NCBI GenBank assembly: GCA_044224875.1
Contig: JBGAJQ010000011.1
Span: 32,001-96,000, forward strand
DNA: 64,000 bases
Direction of reading: 5' to 3'
DNA from: Gemmatimonadaceae bacterium
GTDB taxonomy: Bacteria > Gemmatimonadota > Gemmatimonadetes > Gemmatimonadales > Gemmatimonadaceae
The first letter of the stretch is position 1; every line of letters starts with the position of its first letter. The position numbers were made by a program, and so were the translations under genes. This document shows, one piece after another, positions 49,792 to 59,380 of this stretch. Under the pieces are notes generated by a model, which worked only from the letters and a program-made list of their open reading frames with translations, was not told where the DNA came from and did not search any database.

Positions 49792-49945
49792 GTTGCGCAC
49801 CTCCCGAGCGTGGTTCGACACCGGTTGTATCCCCTGGTCGAACGAGCCCTGAAGCCGGGCGGTATCCTTCTCCTCGAAGCGTACTCGGAGGACCAGCTCA
49901 CGCACGGCGCGGGCGGCCCCAAGGCGGCGGACATGCTCATGACGG
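49792..49945 (+). pseudogene. Internal fragment of a class I SAM-dependent methyltransferase
   Basis: AHLPSVVRHRLYPLVERALKPGGILLLEAYSEDQLTHGAGGPK; no SAM-binding N-terminus. Confidence 0.6.
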
Positions 49946-50091
49946 TTCGTCGTGAGTCGAACGCCCCGGCACCCGTTAAGCTGGGCCTGCTTCGGATGTG
50001 GGGGAGTTGCCACAACGTCTGATTTCGCGGCTCCATTGCGCGTCTTCCGGTAAGTGTTGTTCCTCAGCGTCCCTTACACGGAAAGCCCCCC

Positions 50092-51672
50092 ATGAAAGAC
50101 ACCGCTCGCCAGCTTCCACATGCGCCTTGCTTCGCTGCAACCTTCGACCCGTCTCGAGCCCCTCGCGGGCGCGCCTCGGGGCACAGCGCTCTGCGTTGGC
50201 AACGGATCCTTTGCCTCCCCCTCGCGGTGTCTGCCCTGCTCATTGGATGTGAGGACGGGCCGACCGGTACGCGCATGCCGCTCTCGGGGTCGCCGTCTCG
50301 GGCGTTGACGGCCGACGCCGGCGGGAGCGCAGGTGTTGCAGCCGTTGCCCCCGCCGCGGATTCCAACCCCGGCGTGCTCGGGACCCTACCTCTCCCCGTC
50401 AACCAGACCTACAACGGGACGGGAGTCGCGCTTCGGATCAATCAGACGGGTACGGGTCCGAGCGCGAACTTCGTCATCACCAGCGCCGCCAGCACAGCCA
50501 ACGCGCTGCAGGGCAATTCCAATGGGCTCGGCGCCGCCGTTCGCGGCCTGATGACGGGAAGTGGACGCGCCGGACTGTTCGAGATCACGAACGCGGGAAG
50601 CACCAGCAACGCACTCCATGTCGTGAACCAGGGGCTCGGTCGCGCCATCTATGGCGAGACGTCCGGGCGTGGTGGACCGGCGGCGGAGTTCTTCATGTCA
50701 AACAGCGCCAGCCTCGACCCGGCACTGCTCGCCAACACGTCGGGCGCGGGTAATTCGGTGGTCGCCACGTCGAGTGGAAACGGCAGCACGATGCTCGGCG
50801 TCAACTTCGGCACGGGACCGGCGGGGCAATTCGACATTCGCAACAACACTAACCCGAGTCCGGCCTTGGTCGTGAACACCGATGGAAGTGGCGCCGCGCT
50901 GAGCGCGAGCAGCACCGGCTCAGCCCAAGTAGGCATCTTTCAACTGATGAGCCCTGGCGCCACCGCGAGCGCGCTTGAGGCTCATCACTACGGGAGCGGC
51001 AATGCTTTCGCCGCCGCGAACCACGGGACTGGACCCGCAGGATATTTCTATTCGACAGGCAACCAGCCTGCCGTGCGCTTCCAGAACGATAACAGTGGCG
51101 AAACGGCATACTTCTATTCGTCGAACCCTGCCAGCAGTGGCCGCACAGTGGTCATCCAGAACAACGGCTCGGGCACCGCCCTCGAGGTAAATAACGCGAA
51201 CGGCCCTTGGGCAGCGCGGTTCGTTTCATCGGCGGTTGGGAGAGGCGGCGTATACATCGCGACGGCTGGAGGCCAAGGGCTCCAGGTCGTCGGTGGCTCG
51301 AAGAACGCCGTGGTGGGAACCTCCGATGGCGCGCGGGCCCTCTACACCGAGGAATCCACAGAGGTGTGGTTCACCGACTACGGCTTTGGGCGCCTAACGA
51401 ATGGCCGGGCATCCATCGCCCTCGATACAAAGTTCTCGGAGACGGTGAGCGCGGACGCCCCGTATCATGTGTTCGTGCAGGCGTACGGCGACGCCGAGTT
51501 GTACGTGGCGCAGCGGACTGCGACGGGCTTTGACGTCGTGCGACGTGGGGGCGACAAGCAAGTCGAGTTCAGCTATCGCGTTGTGGCACGTCGCAAGGGC
51601 TTCGAGGCGCGGCGGCTCGAGCGCGCACCGTGGGCCGACGACGACCCGGCGCTCACCTCAATTAGACGATAG
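50092..51672 (+). CDS. Repeat-rich putative lipoprotein with a C-terminal tail-fibre-associated-like domain
   Basis: LLIGC lipobox; about 36-aa repeats; ESTEVWFTDYG.G.L.NG...YHVF...FSYRVVARRKG. Confidence 0.75.
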   Translation: MKDTARQLPHAPCFAATFDPSRAPRGRASGHSALRWQRILCLPLAVSALLIGCEDGPTGTRMPLSGSPSRALTADAGGSAGVAAVAPAADSNPGVLGTLPLPVNQTYNGTGVALRINQTGTGPSANFVITSAASTANALQGNSNGLGAAVRGLMTGSGRAGLFEITNAGSTSNALHVVNQGLGRAIYGETSGRGGPAAEFFMSNSASLDPALLANTSGAGNSVVATSSGNGSTMLGVNFGTGPAGQFDIRNNTNPSPALVVNTDGSGAALSASSTGSAQVGIFQLMSPGATASALEAHHYGSGNAFAAANHGTGPAGYFYSTGNQPAVRFQNDNSGETAYFYSSNPASSGRTVVIQNNGSGTALEVNNANGPWAARFVSSAVGRGGVYIATAGGQGLQVVGGSKNAVVGTSDGARALYTEESTEVWFTDYGFGRLTNGRASIALDTKFSETVSADAPYHVFVQAYGDAELYVAQRTATGFDVVRRGGDKQVEFSYRVVARRKGFEARRLERAPWADDDPALTSIRR

Positions 51673-51723
51673 CTCTCGCGCGAAACCGACCGCGTACGCC
51701 GCCTCTGGTACGCGTGTCGAGCA

Positions 51724-51760
51724 GAGGGGCTCAGGGCATACTGCATGCCCTGAGCCCCTC
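51724..51760. terminator. Perfect 16-bp hairpin, probable bidirectional terminator
   Basis: gaggggctcagggcat-actgc-atgccctgagcccctc between convergent genes. Confidence 0.75.
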
Positions 51761-51781
51761 GAGGGTTACAGATCCTCGTCA

Positions 51782-53686
51782 CTACCGCTTCGCCGCTAGC
51801 GTCGAGGACAGTTCTCCATACTGCCGCACCAGCTCGAGGAACTCGCGCCGGTATCCGTGCACGTCAGGGCCGCGCGACGCCTCGGCCCGGGCCACCACCT
51901 GTTCGAGCGACGCGTTGCCCCGGAGCTGCGAATCGCGCGCGATCATCGCGAATTCAGCGACCGCGCTGGCGAATGCAAAATCGCCAGCTAGCGCAACGGG
52001 CTCGTCAGCAACAACAGTGCGCAGCTCGCGGCTGGTGGACGCATCCCGCTCCTTGTATCGCACCTTCACCTGCAGGAGTTCAGCGCTTGCGGCCGCACGC
52101 GTGGGCATGCGCGACCCCTGATATCGCAGGTCGCCCGTCGTCGTGGCGGGATCTATCACCGCATCCGCTGGCACCACTTCGTACAGCGCCGTGACCGAGT
52201 GCCCAGCCCCCATGTCGCCGGCATCCTTGGCGTCGTTCGTAAAATCCTCATCGTTCAATCGCCGGTTCTCGTATCCAAGCAGCCGATACGATGCCACGCG
52301 CGCCGGGTTGAACTCGACTTGCACCTTCACGTCCTTCGCGACCGTCAGCAGCGTGCCCCCGAGTTCATGGACGAAGACCTTGCGCGCCTCGAGTGGCGAA
52401 TCGATGTACGCGTAATTGCCGTTCCCCCGATCCGCCAGCTTCTCCAGTTTGCTGTCCTTGTAGTTACCCATCCCGAATCCGAGCACGGTGAGGAATGTGC
52501 CGTCGGCACGCTTCTCTTCGATCAGACGCTCCATCTCGGCGTCGCTCGAGACTCCCACGTTGAAGTCACCGTCGGTGGCGAGGATGACACGGTTGTTCCC
52601 GCCGAAGATGAAGTTTGCCTTGGCCACGTCGTATGCGAGGCGTATCCCCGCACCCCCTGCGGTCGACCCACCCGCCTCCAGGCGCTCCACGGCGTCGCGA
52701 ATCTCCGCCTTGTGCGATCCGGGCGTCGACGGAAGCACGAGTCCAGCCGCACCGGCATACACCACGATGGCGACATGGTCGTTTTCCCGCAGCTGGTCCA
52801 CGAGCATGAGAAAGGCACTCGTGAGCAGCGGCAGCTTGTTCACATCTGCCATCGACCCCGACACGTCGATGAGAAACACCAGGTTGCTCGGGGGCAGCTT
52901 GGCTAGATCCACATCGCGCGCGCGAAGTGCCACCCGGACCAGGCGATGCTGCGTCGCCCACGGTGCCACGGCTACATCGGCGACAACCTTCACCGGAACG
53001 CGCGCATCCGTCGGCGTCGCATAGTCATACGGGAAGTAGTTCACCAGCTCCTCCAGCCGAACCGCATCGGCCGGCGGAAGCTGTCCGGACCGGATGAACC
53101 GTCGCACGTTCGAGTACGCGGCGCGATCCACGTCCACGCTGAACGTTGACAGCGGGACATCGCGCGCCGAACGGAAGGGATTCTCCTCGATGCGATCGTA
53201 GGACTCGGTGTTCCACTCGTTATCCCGAGTTGCGCGCTCTTGCTTTCTCGCCGATTTCCCGCGCGGTGCAACCGACGCGTGTGCTCGCATCATGGTGGGC
53301 GCGGCGGCGGCGCCCGTCACCACGACTTGCTGGAGCGAGAGGGTCGCCTGCGACATGGTCAGGTCAACCCGCACGGTATCCCCGTCAACACGCACCGTCT
53401 GCTGCAACGCCTGGTACCCGATCAAACGCACGTCAAGCGTCACGTCGCGCCCACGCAGTGAGTCTGGGAGTCGGAGACTCCAACGGCCGACGCTGTCGGT
53501 GACGGCCCCGAGGTGATGGCTTCGAATCCCAACTTGGGCGCCTGCAACGGGACGCGCGGTCGTGGCCTCACGTACCGTTCCCTGCAGGACCGGAGCGGTT
53601 GCGACGAGCGCGAGTGGTCGCGGTGGCGACGCGGTGATGGCGACGAAGGACAGGCCGACCATCGAACTGACAAAGGAACGGACCAT
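51782..53686 (-). CDS. YfbK-like vWA domain protein with an N-terminal carboxypeptidase-regulatory-like domain
   Basis: STFSVDVDRAAYSNVRR, DVSGSM MIDAS, TDGDFNVG, YRLLGYENR; start moved to 53686. Confidence 0.92.
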   Translation of the reverse strand: MVRSFVSSMVGLSFVAITASPPRPLALVATAPVLQGTVREATTARPVAGAQVGIRSHHLGAVTDSVGRWSLRLPDSLRGRDVTLDVRLIGYQALQQTVRVDGDTVRVDLTMSQATLSLQQVVVTGAAAAPTMMRAHASVAPRGKSARKQERATRDNEWNTESYDRIEENPFRSARDVPLSTFSVDVDRAAYSNVRRFIRSGQLPPADAVRLEELVNYFPYDYATPTDARVPVKVVADVAVAPWATQHRLVRVALRARDVDLAKLPPSNLVFLIDVSGSMADVNKLPLLTSAFLMLVDQLRENDHVAIVVYAGAAGLVLPSTPGSHKAEIRDAVERLEAGGSTAGGAGIRLAYDVAKANFIFGGNNRVILATDGDFNVGVSSDAEMERLIEEKRADGTFLTVLGFGMGNYKDSKLEKLADRGNGNYAYIDSPLEARKVFVHELGGTLLTVAKDVKVQVEFNPARVASYRLLGYENRRLNDEDFTNDAKDAGDMGAGHSVTALYEVVPADAVIDPATTTGDLRYQGSRMPTRAAASAELLQVKVRYKERDASTSRELRTVVADEPVALAGDFAFASAVAEFAMIARDSQLRGNASLEQVVARAEASRGPDVHGYRREFLELVRQYGELSSTLAAKR

Positions 53687-53960
53687 ACGGCACTCCTGTG
53701 TGTGGAGAGGGGACGACATCGAGCGTGCAGGCTTGCACACTCGCGAGCTCACAGGAGTGCGGCAGTCGCTCTGGACCTGAGCGCCACGGCCGATCAGCTT
53801 CCCTACACGCCTTGGCTCGCCCCGTTCCGATCGCGGACTGCCCCTGAGCAAGTGGCCGAGGCGTGCCAGGCCACCATGCGCCTCCCCCCCGCAGGAGCGC
53901 CACCCTCTCGCTGGCCCGTTCCGAACATCGCCGCGTCATTCACCGTTGCGGAATCCACGA

Positions 53961-56597
53961 TCAGTGCCTTCCCACCATGCGTGCGATCGGCTGAGAGTCA
54001 CCTTGGCAGATGAACGCTGCCCAATAGTACGGCGCGGGATATCGCGACCGAACGAGCTGCTGCGCGTGGCGCAGGGCATCCGCCCTCCCCTTCCCTGCGA
54101 TCAGTGCCTCGTAGAAGTGTGTCATCAGCAGCTGCGTTTGTTCGTCCGGCACCTTCCACAAACTCAGCACGAGCGTCCTGGCCCCGGCCACGGCAAAGGC
54201 GCGGCGAAGACCCATTACCCCTTCACCCGCGACCATGTCGCCAAGCCCTGTCTCGCACGCGGAAAGCACGACCAACTCCGTGGCCGTCAGGTCCATCGCG
54301 ACGATGTCCTCGCCATTCACTATGCCGTCGTCTATTCCTTGCGACAGCAACTCGCCGCGCAACCACCCGTTCGCGCCACTCAACGCCAGGCCAGAGCGAA
54401 CCAGAGGGTTTTGCGAAGCCGCCGTCAATCGCGCCTCGGCTGTGTCGACGGGCGCGCCTGACACTTGAGTCGCCTCACCAAGAAAGAAGCCGTGGGTGGC
54501 AATGTGGATTACGGCCGGTGAGCGCGCCCCTTTGAGCAACTCCTCTCGCGCGGCCGCGCCGAGATGGGGCTCCACGCCGAGGAGGCGCGCTACCGCGGTT
54601 CCCTCCGCGCGAGTGGCGGGAAGTCGTGCGAATGTCACACCACTCCGCGTGAGGTGCTGACGAAGCTGCTCCCGATCGCCGATCGATGGCGCAGGCTCGA
54701 CGCGGCTGTCCACGTTCGTTGCTCCATGGGCCGACGCGAGTGCACCGCGCGTTGCATCGTAGTCGGGGTCCGCCAGCACGGTGGAGCCCCCGCGGGCCGA
54801 TGCCACAGCCCGAGACAGTCGGCGTAGGTCTCGACCGACACCGAAGTAGCTGATATCGAACGTGTCGATCAGACAACCGCCAGCACCATCCGGCAGCGCC
54901 GCAACCGGCACTCGCGCAATCTCACCATCGGGTGCAATGAACAGCCGCGTGCGTGTGGCGATCGCCGGCAGGAGTGGCTCCAACAGCCGAGCGCGCAACG
55001 GGGTGCCGTCGTCTTCGACAGGAGCGTCGTCGTCCGCCCGACCAAGGTCTCGGCGCCCACCTGCTGGATCGTCGGACTCGGTGGTATGCGCCACGGCACT
55101 TCGGTACGAGCGAATCAGCCGGTCGACGTCGGGAGCCGGACCTATGTCCACCAGGTGCGTGGTCGCGTGCGCACCCCCCAAGACTACGAAGGCGATGTAC
55201 CAATCCCGTGAGGCATCCTCCAGCGCATCTGGGGCCACCGACATCGTCTCACGTCGCGTGAACCTGACGAACTCGATGAGCGCCGCATCGTCGGGCAACA
55301 GGGTGGCGATCGACGCCGCCGTGACGTCCCGCAGCGCGGGGTCGAGGTCCATGTCCGGGATGCGTGATGCGATTTCCCACTCGAGCCGCTCGATCGCTCC
55401 CATCGCCTCTGCGGGAACATCGCCACCCGTCAGCCTCAACTCCGCGACCTTGCCTCGCTCCTCCGCAAGCGCCGTCATGAGCGACGCGAGCTCCGGGTCG
55501 GTGCCGCGCGAAACCGCCCGCCGCTGCGTGGCCAGTAGTTCGGCACCAAGCGCCTTTCGGGCAAGGATCAAGTCGCAGGCTTCCTGAATGATCGACGCAT
55601 CCCGCGGCGCGGCCGCCAGCACCAAGTCCAGGTACTGGCTGACGTTCCAATACACCAGGCTCAAGCTGCCCATACGCTCTCGCTCGGACCCGTGCGCCAC
55701 CCAGTGACCCACCGGGTCCTCACGAATCGATCGACGGAGCAACGCCAACGCGGCGGCCGGGTCCCCGAGGCGAACCCGCGCCTTCGCCAGTTGGCGACAG
55801 AAGTTTGCTACGTTCTCGCCAGCTCCATCCAGCACCGCGATCGCGTCGGATAGTAGGTGCGCGCCCTCCTCGAACTGTCCATGTACCACGTGATACGACC
55901 CAAGCATGGCCCGCCGACGCGCAACGTCGAGGCTATCGTGCCCGTTAGAGTCCTCGGAGTGTTGTAGGGCGACGTGGAAGGCATCGAGGGCGCGGACGAC
56001 GCTCGCTTCGTCGCCGGCCTTCATCGCCCGCCAAAACGCGAGGTCGGCCCGACACCATTCAATGTAGGTGACAGTCGGGTGCAAGCCGCCCAGGGCCAAG
56101 CTCATGATCCGAATCGCTTCGCTGTACGCCGCCAGTGCTTCATCCTCCATGCCGGCATTCTCGTACGACAACGCCAGCATGCTCTGGCAGCGACCGACGC
56201 CCTCATGGTCCGGTCCAAAGAGCTCGACAAAGCGTGCGTTTGCGTGGCCGAGCAATAGAATCGCACGCCAACCGAGTCGCATCTTCGTATAGAGCGAGCC
56301 GTAGTCCAAGAGAAGTTCGGCCTTGAGTGGCGTGGCCTCCCCCTCGGTGGGGTTGAGTACACTGCACGCAGCGTTGTAGCTGGGCTCCGCCGCCGTCAGG
56401 TCGCCGCTCTGTGCCTGCAGACGCGCAAGGCGCAGGAGGTACTCGGCGACCCTGGGGTCCTTCTGTCCGCCAGCTTCAAGCGCAAGACGCGCGGCCTGTT
56501 CGGCGAATGTGCACGCCGCCCCCAAGTCCCCCGCGCTGGCATGGGCGTCGGCGGCGGTGGAGAGCTTTTCGACCTGCGTCCATTTGCGCGATGTCAT
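53961..56597 (-). CDS. TPR-CHAT (caspase-like) protease
   Basis: N-terminal TPRs; HIATHGFF (His), LSACETG (Cys), SLWKVPD, YWAAF. Confidence 0.93.
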   Translation of the reverse strand: MTSRKWTQVEKLSTAADAHASAGDLGAACTFAEQAARLALEAGGQKDPRVAEYLLRLARLQAQSGDLTAAEPSYNAACSVLNPTEGEATPLKAELLLDYGSLYTKMRLGWRAILLLGHANARFVELFGPDHEGVGRCQSMLALSYENAGMEDEALAAYSEAIRIMSLALGGLHPTVTYIEWCRADLAFWRAMKAGDEASVVRALDAFHVALQHSEDSNGHDSLDVARRRAMLGSYHVVHGQFEEGAHLLSDAIAVLDGAGENVANFCRQLAKARVRLGDPAAALALLRRSIREDPVGHWVAHGSERERMGSLSLVYWNVSQYLDLVLAAAPRDASIIQEACDLILARKALGAELLATQRRAVSRGTDPELASLMTALAEERGKVAELRLTGGDVPAEAMGAIERLEWEIASRIPDMDLDPALRDVTAASIATLLPDDAALIEFVRFTRRETMSVAPDALEDASRDWYIAFVVLGGAHATTHLVDIGPAPDVDRLIRSYRSAVAHTTESDDPAGGRRDLGRADDDAPVEDDGTPLRARLLEPLLPAIATRTRLFIAPDGEIARVPVAALPDGAGGCLIDTFDISYFGVGRDLRRLSRAVASARGGSTVLADPDYDATRGALASAHGATNVDSRVEPAPSIGDREQLRQHLTRSGVTFARLPATRAEGTAVARLLGVEPHLGAAAREELLKGARSPAVIHIATHGFFLGEATQVSGAPVDTAEARLTAASQNPLVRSGLALSGANGWLRGELLSQGIDDGIVNGEDIVAMDLTATELVVLSACETGLGDMVAGEGVMGLRRAFAVAGARTLVLSLWKVPDEQTQLLMTHFYEALIAGKGRADALRHAQQLVRSRYPAPYYWAAFICQGDSQPIARMVGRH

Positions 56598-56656
56598 GTC
56601 AGCAGGCTAGACGATTGGCGATGGAGGAAACGCATTCTACAACAACGGTCGTGCGC

Positions 56657-56698
56657 TTGCATCGCGTAGCGGGCGCCTGTACTTTGCGATACAAAGCG
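56657..56698 (+). promoter_or_regulatory. Sigma70-like promoter (TTGCAT-N17-TACTTT) overlapped by operator CTTTG-N5-CAAAG
   Basis: Direct reading; matches the site at 22604-22624. Confidence 0.7.
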
Positions 56699-56775
56699 CG
56701 ACTCACGGCAGCGACGCGGACGCAGGGCGTCGCTGTCGCCGCGGCGAGCATTCGCGTGAGGATCGGAGGCCATCC

Positions 56776-57270
56776 ATGAAGCTGGCAATGCGACGGATTC
56801 GAGCGGCCTTGGGAATTGGCGTGACGTGGGGAGCCGCGATGTTTGGAGTTGGTCTGCTGCTGGCCGCTGCCACGGGCTTCACGAACGATGCGCCCTTCCC
56901 GCTGCTCTTTGGCGCGATGGGCTTCCTCGCCGGCATCGTTTTCTCCGGGCTTCTCGCGGCAACGCAAGGCGGTCGAACACTCGAGCACACCTCGTTTCGC
57001 CGCATGGCCGGCTGGGGTGCACTAGGCGGAGCGCTCCTCTCCGGCCTTCTGGTAGTGGGTGTGACACTGAGCGGGGAGCCGCTATGGGGCGAGGCCTTGG
57101 CGATCATCCCGTCGTTCACCCTCGCGGGCGCGGCCTGCGCCGCCGGGTCCCTTGCCTTGGCGCGGCGCGCCACTCGGCGCGACGCCATCACGGCCGGCGA
57201 GGACTTGAGCGACGTCGGCCTCACCGAGCGGGAAAAGGAGACGTTACTCGGGACTGGAAAGGCGAAGTAG
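56776..57270 (+). CDS. Uncharacterised four-TM membrane protein (paralog of 22784..23269)
   Basis: RBS ggagg; RRIRAALGIGVTW, WGALGG, LALARRA...VGLTEREKETLLG. Confidence 0.85.
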   Translation: MKLAMRRIRAALGIGVTWGAAMFGVGLLLAAATGFTNDAPFPLLFGAMGFLAGIVFSGLLAATQGGRTLEHTSFRRMAGWGALGGALLSGLLVVGVTLSGEPLWGEALAIIPSFTLAGAACAAGSLALARRATRRDAITAGEDLSDVGLTEREKETLLGTGKAK

Positions 57271-57297
57271 CGCGCTTTCCCCAGTCATCGCTCGTCG

Positions 57298-57540
57298 TTA
57301 CATCTGTCGACTCAACGCGCGAGCCGTCTTCACGTCGCGAAACTTCGTGTTGTCTGGAAGGCGCAGTTCACCAACCAGGCTGTCACGGTGGACAACAAAG
57401 CGCCACGTGCCCTGCGGCATCACACAGGTGAGTGTTGCTGCTGACGGTACAACGTGGCAGGTGAGGACACCCATCTCCTCTTCCGTACCTCCCACGAGCT
57501 TGCGTGCATCAATCGACACGCTATCCACGCCGGACCGGTG
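57298..57540 (-). pseudogene. Probable C-terminal fragment of a hypothetical beta-rich protein
   Basis: DSVSIDARKLVGGTEEEMGVLTC...GELRLPDNTKFRDV; no convincing start or signal peptide. Confidence 0.45.
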
Positions 57541-57608
57541 GTCGCCACGGCCGTTCACATCCGCGAACTCGGGCCAGTGCCTTTCCCCACGTACATATAT
57601 CTATGGTA

Positions 57609-57631
57609 GGCGGACTTGCGGCAAGCCCCCC
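57609..57631. promoter_or_regulatory. RAE-like (rifamycin-associated element) inverted repeat
   Basis: ggcgga-CTTGCGGCAAG-cccccc, with the core ending about 50 bp upstream of the monooxygenase ATG. Confidence 0.7.
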
Positions 57632-57674
57632 GTCTGACTCCATAGTTCGCGCCGTTCTCACCCGGAGTGTCGCG

Positions 57675-59177
57675 ATGAAATCGTATGCGGTTGTGATTGC
57701 GGGCGGAGGCCCAACTGGCCTGATGCTCGCCGGTGAGTTGGCGCTGGCGGGAGTGGAGGTGGCGGTTGTGGAGCGACGGCCGAACCAGCAGCTCTCGGGG
57801 GCCCGGGCACTCGGCATCTCCTCGCGCACCATCGAGGTCCTCGACCAACGCGGCATTGCCGACCGCTTCCTTGCAGCGGGCAAGACGGCGCAAGTCACCG
57901 GCTTCGCCGTCACCCGACTGGACATCAGCGACTTCCCGACACGACACAACTACGGACTCGCGCTCCGACAGAAGCACATCGAGCGCATACTCGCCGACTG
58001 GGTCACGGAGCTCAACGTGCCAATCCTCTACGGTCGAGACGTAACCGGGTTCACGCAAGACAGCGCGGGAATCGACGTTAGTCTCAACGACGGATCGGCA
58101 CTGCGCGCACAATACCTCGTCGGCTGCGACGGTGGGCGAAGTGTTGTGCGCAAGGCGGCGGGTATCGACTTCCCCGGTTGGGACGCGACCACCAGCAACC
58201 TACTTGCCGAAGTCGAGATGACGGAGCGACCTCCCTACGGTGTGCATCGCTCGGCGGTAGGACTCTATGCGTTCGGACGTGAAGAGTTCGAGTTCAAGGG
58301 CACCGAGATCGTCTACAAGGAGGTCGGGCCGATCGGCGTGATGGTGACGGAACCGAACACCGACTCCATCACCAACGAGCCGACGCTTGATGACCTCAAG
58401 CGGCTGCTCATTGCAGCATGTGGCACTGACTACGGGGTGCACAACGCTACTTGGATCTCCAGATTCACTGACACGACGCGACAGGCAGCGCAGTACCGCA
58501 GCGGACGCGTGCTGCTTGCCGGTGACGCCGCGCACGTGCATTCGCCGATTGGCGGACAGGGGCTCAGCCTGGGCGTGCAGGATGCGGTGAACCTGGGGTG
58601 GAAGCTGGCGGCGGTGGTCAATGGCACCTCGAGCGACACCCTGCTCGACACCTATCACGCCGAACGTCACCCCGTTGGCGCGCGCGTACTCAAGGCCACG
58701 ATGGCGCAAGTCGCATTGCATCGTGAGGACGATCGCACCCTCGCGGCTCGCGACATCGTCAGCGACCTGCTCAAGATGGAAGAACCTCGCCGGTCCATCG
58801 CCGGCATGATGTCCGGCCTGGACATCCGGTACGACCTGGGACCGGGGCACCCGCTCCTTGGGCGACGCATCCCCGATCTCGACATCGTCACAGAGAGTGG
58901 ACCGCGGCGCATCTTCTCCTTTCTGCACCGTGCACGACCGGTGCTGCTGAACTTCGGTGCTCCCGCTTCGATCGACATCTCGCGCTGGGCAGATCGCGTT
59001 CAGCACGTCGGCGCGACGTACACGGGCACGTGGTCACTGCCTGTGATCGGCGACGTCGTTGCGCCCACCGCCGTGTTGGTTCGACCTGACGGCTACGTGG
59101 CGTGGGTTGGCGATGGGACCGCGCAGGGATTGGCGGACGCATTGGCGACCTGGTTTGGCGAGCCGGCCACCGGGTAA
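57675..59177 (+). CDS. Class A FAD-dependent monooxygenase, rifamycin monooxygenase (Rox)-like
   Basis: GGGPTGLMLAGEL, GCDGGRSVVRK, AGDAAHVHSPIGGQG, YHAERHPV, LVRPDGYVAW; RAE-like site upstream. Confidence 0.8.
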   Translation: MKSYAVVIAGGGPTGLMLAGELALAGVEVAVVERRPNQQLSGARALGISSRTIEVLDQRGIADRFLAAGKTAQVTGFAVTRLDISDFPTRHNYGLALRQKHIERILADWVTELNVPILYGRDVTGFTQDSAGIDVSLNDGSALRAQYLVGCDGGRSVVRKAAGIDFPGWDATTSNLLAEVEMTERPPYGVHRSAVGLYAFGREEFEFKGTEIVYKEVGPIGVMVTEPNTDSITNEPTLDDLKRLLIAACGTDYGVHNATWISRFTDTTRQAAQYRSGRVLLAGDAAHVHSPIGGQGLSLGVQDAVNLGWKLAAVVNGTSSDTLLDTYHAERHPVGARVLKATMAQVALHREDDRTLAARDIVSDLLKMEEPRRSIAGMMSGLDIRYDLGPGHPLLGRRIPDLDIVTESGPRRIFSFLHRARPVLLNFGAPASIDISRWADRVQHVGATYTGTWSLPVIGDVVAPTAVLVRPDGYVAWVGDGTAQGLADALATWFGEPATG

Positions 59178-59380
59178 TTCCAGAGGGCGTTCACCCACGC
59201 CCCACGAAGCGTCACCATGCGGAAGTACTTGCACGATGGGGCGCGCGACGGTGAGTTTCTGGAGGTCAAACCCGGCGCCTGCCCCATCAACGCGAACTCG
59301 CATGATGCAACCCGTCCCGCGCAGGCTCAACGCAACCAGCGTACTCCATACCTTACCGTGGATCGCGGGACGTGAGCTCT

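Noticed and set aside
53712..53737. ECF-like promoter TGCAAG-N16-CGTC upstream of the vWA gene
   Set aside because: Single short match with no second copy or cognate sigma factor to support it
59178..59310. Readthrough extension or small ORF (MRKYLHDGARDGEFLEVKPGA) after the monooxygenase stop
   Set aside because: The monooxygenase C-terminus is already complete; no RBS and no recognisable family
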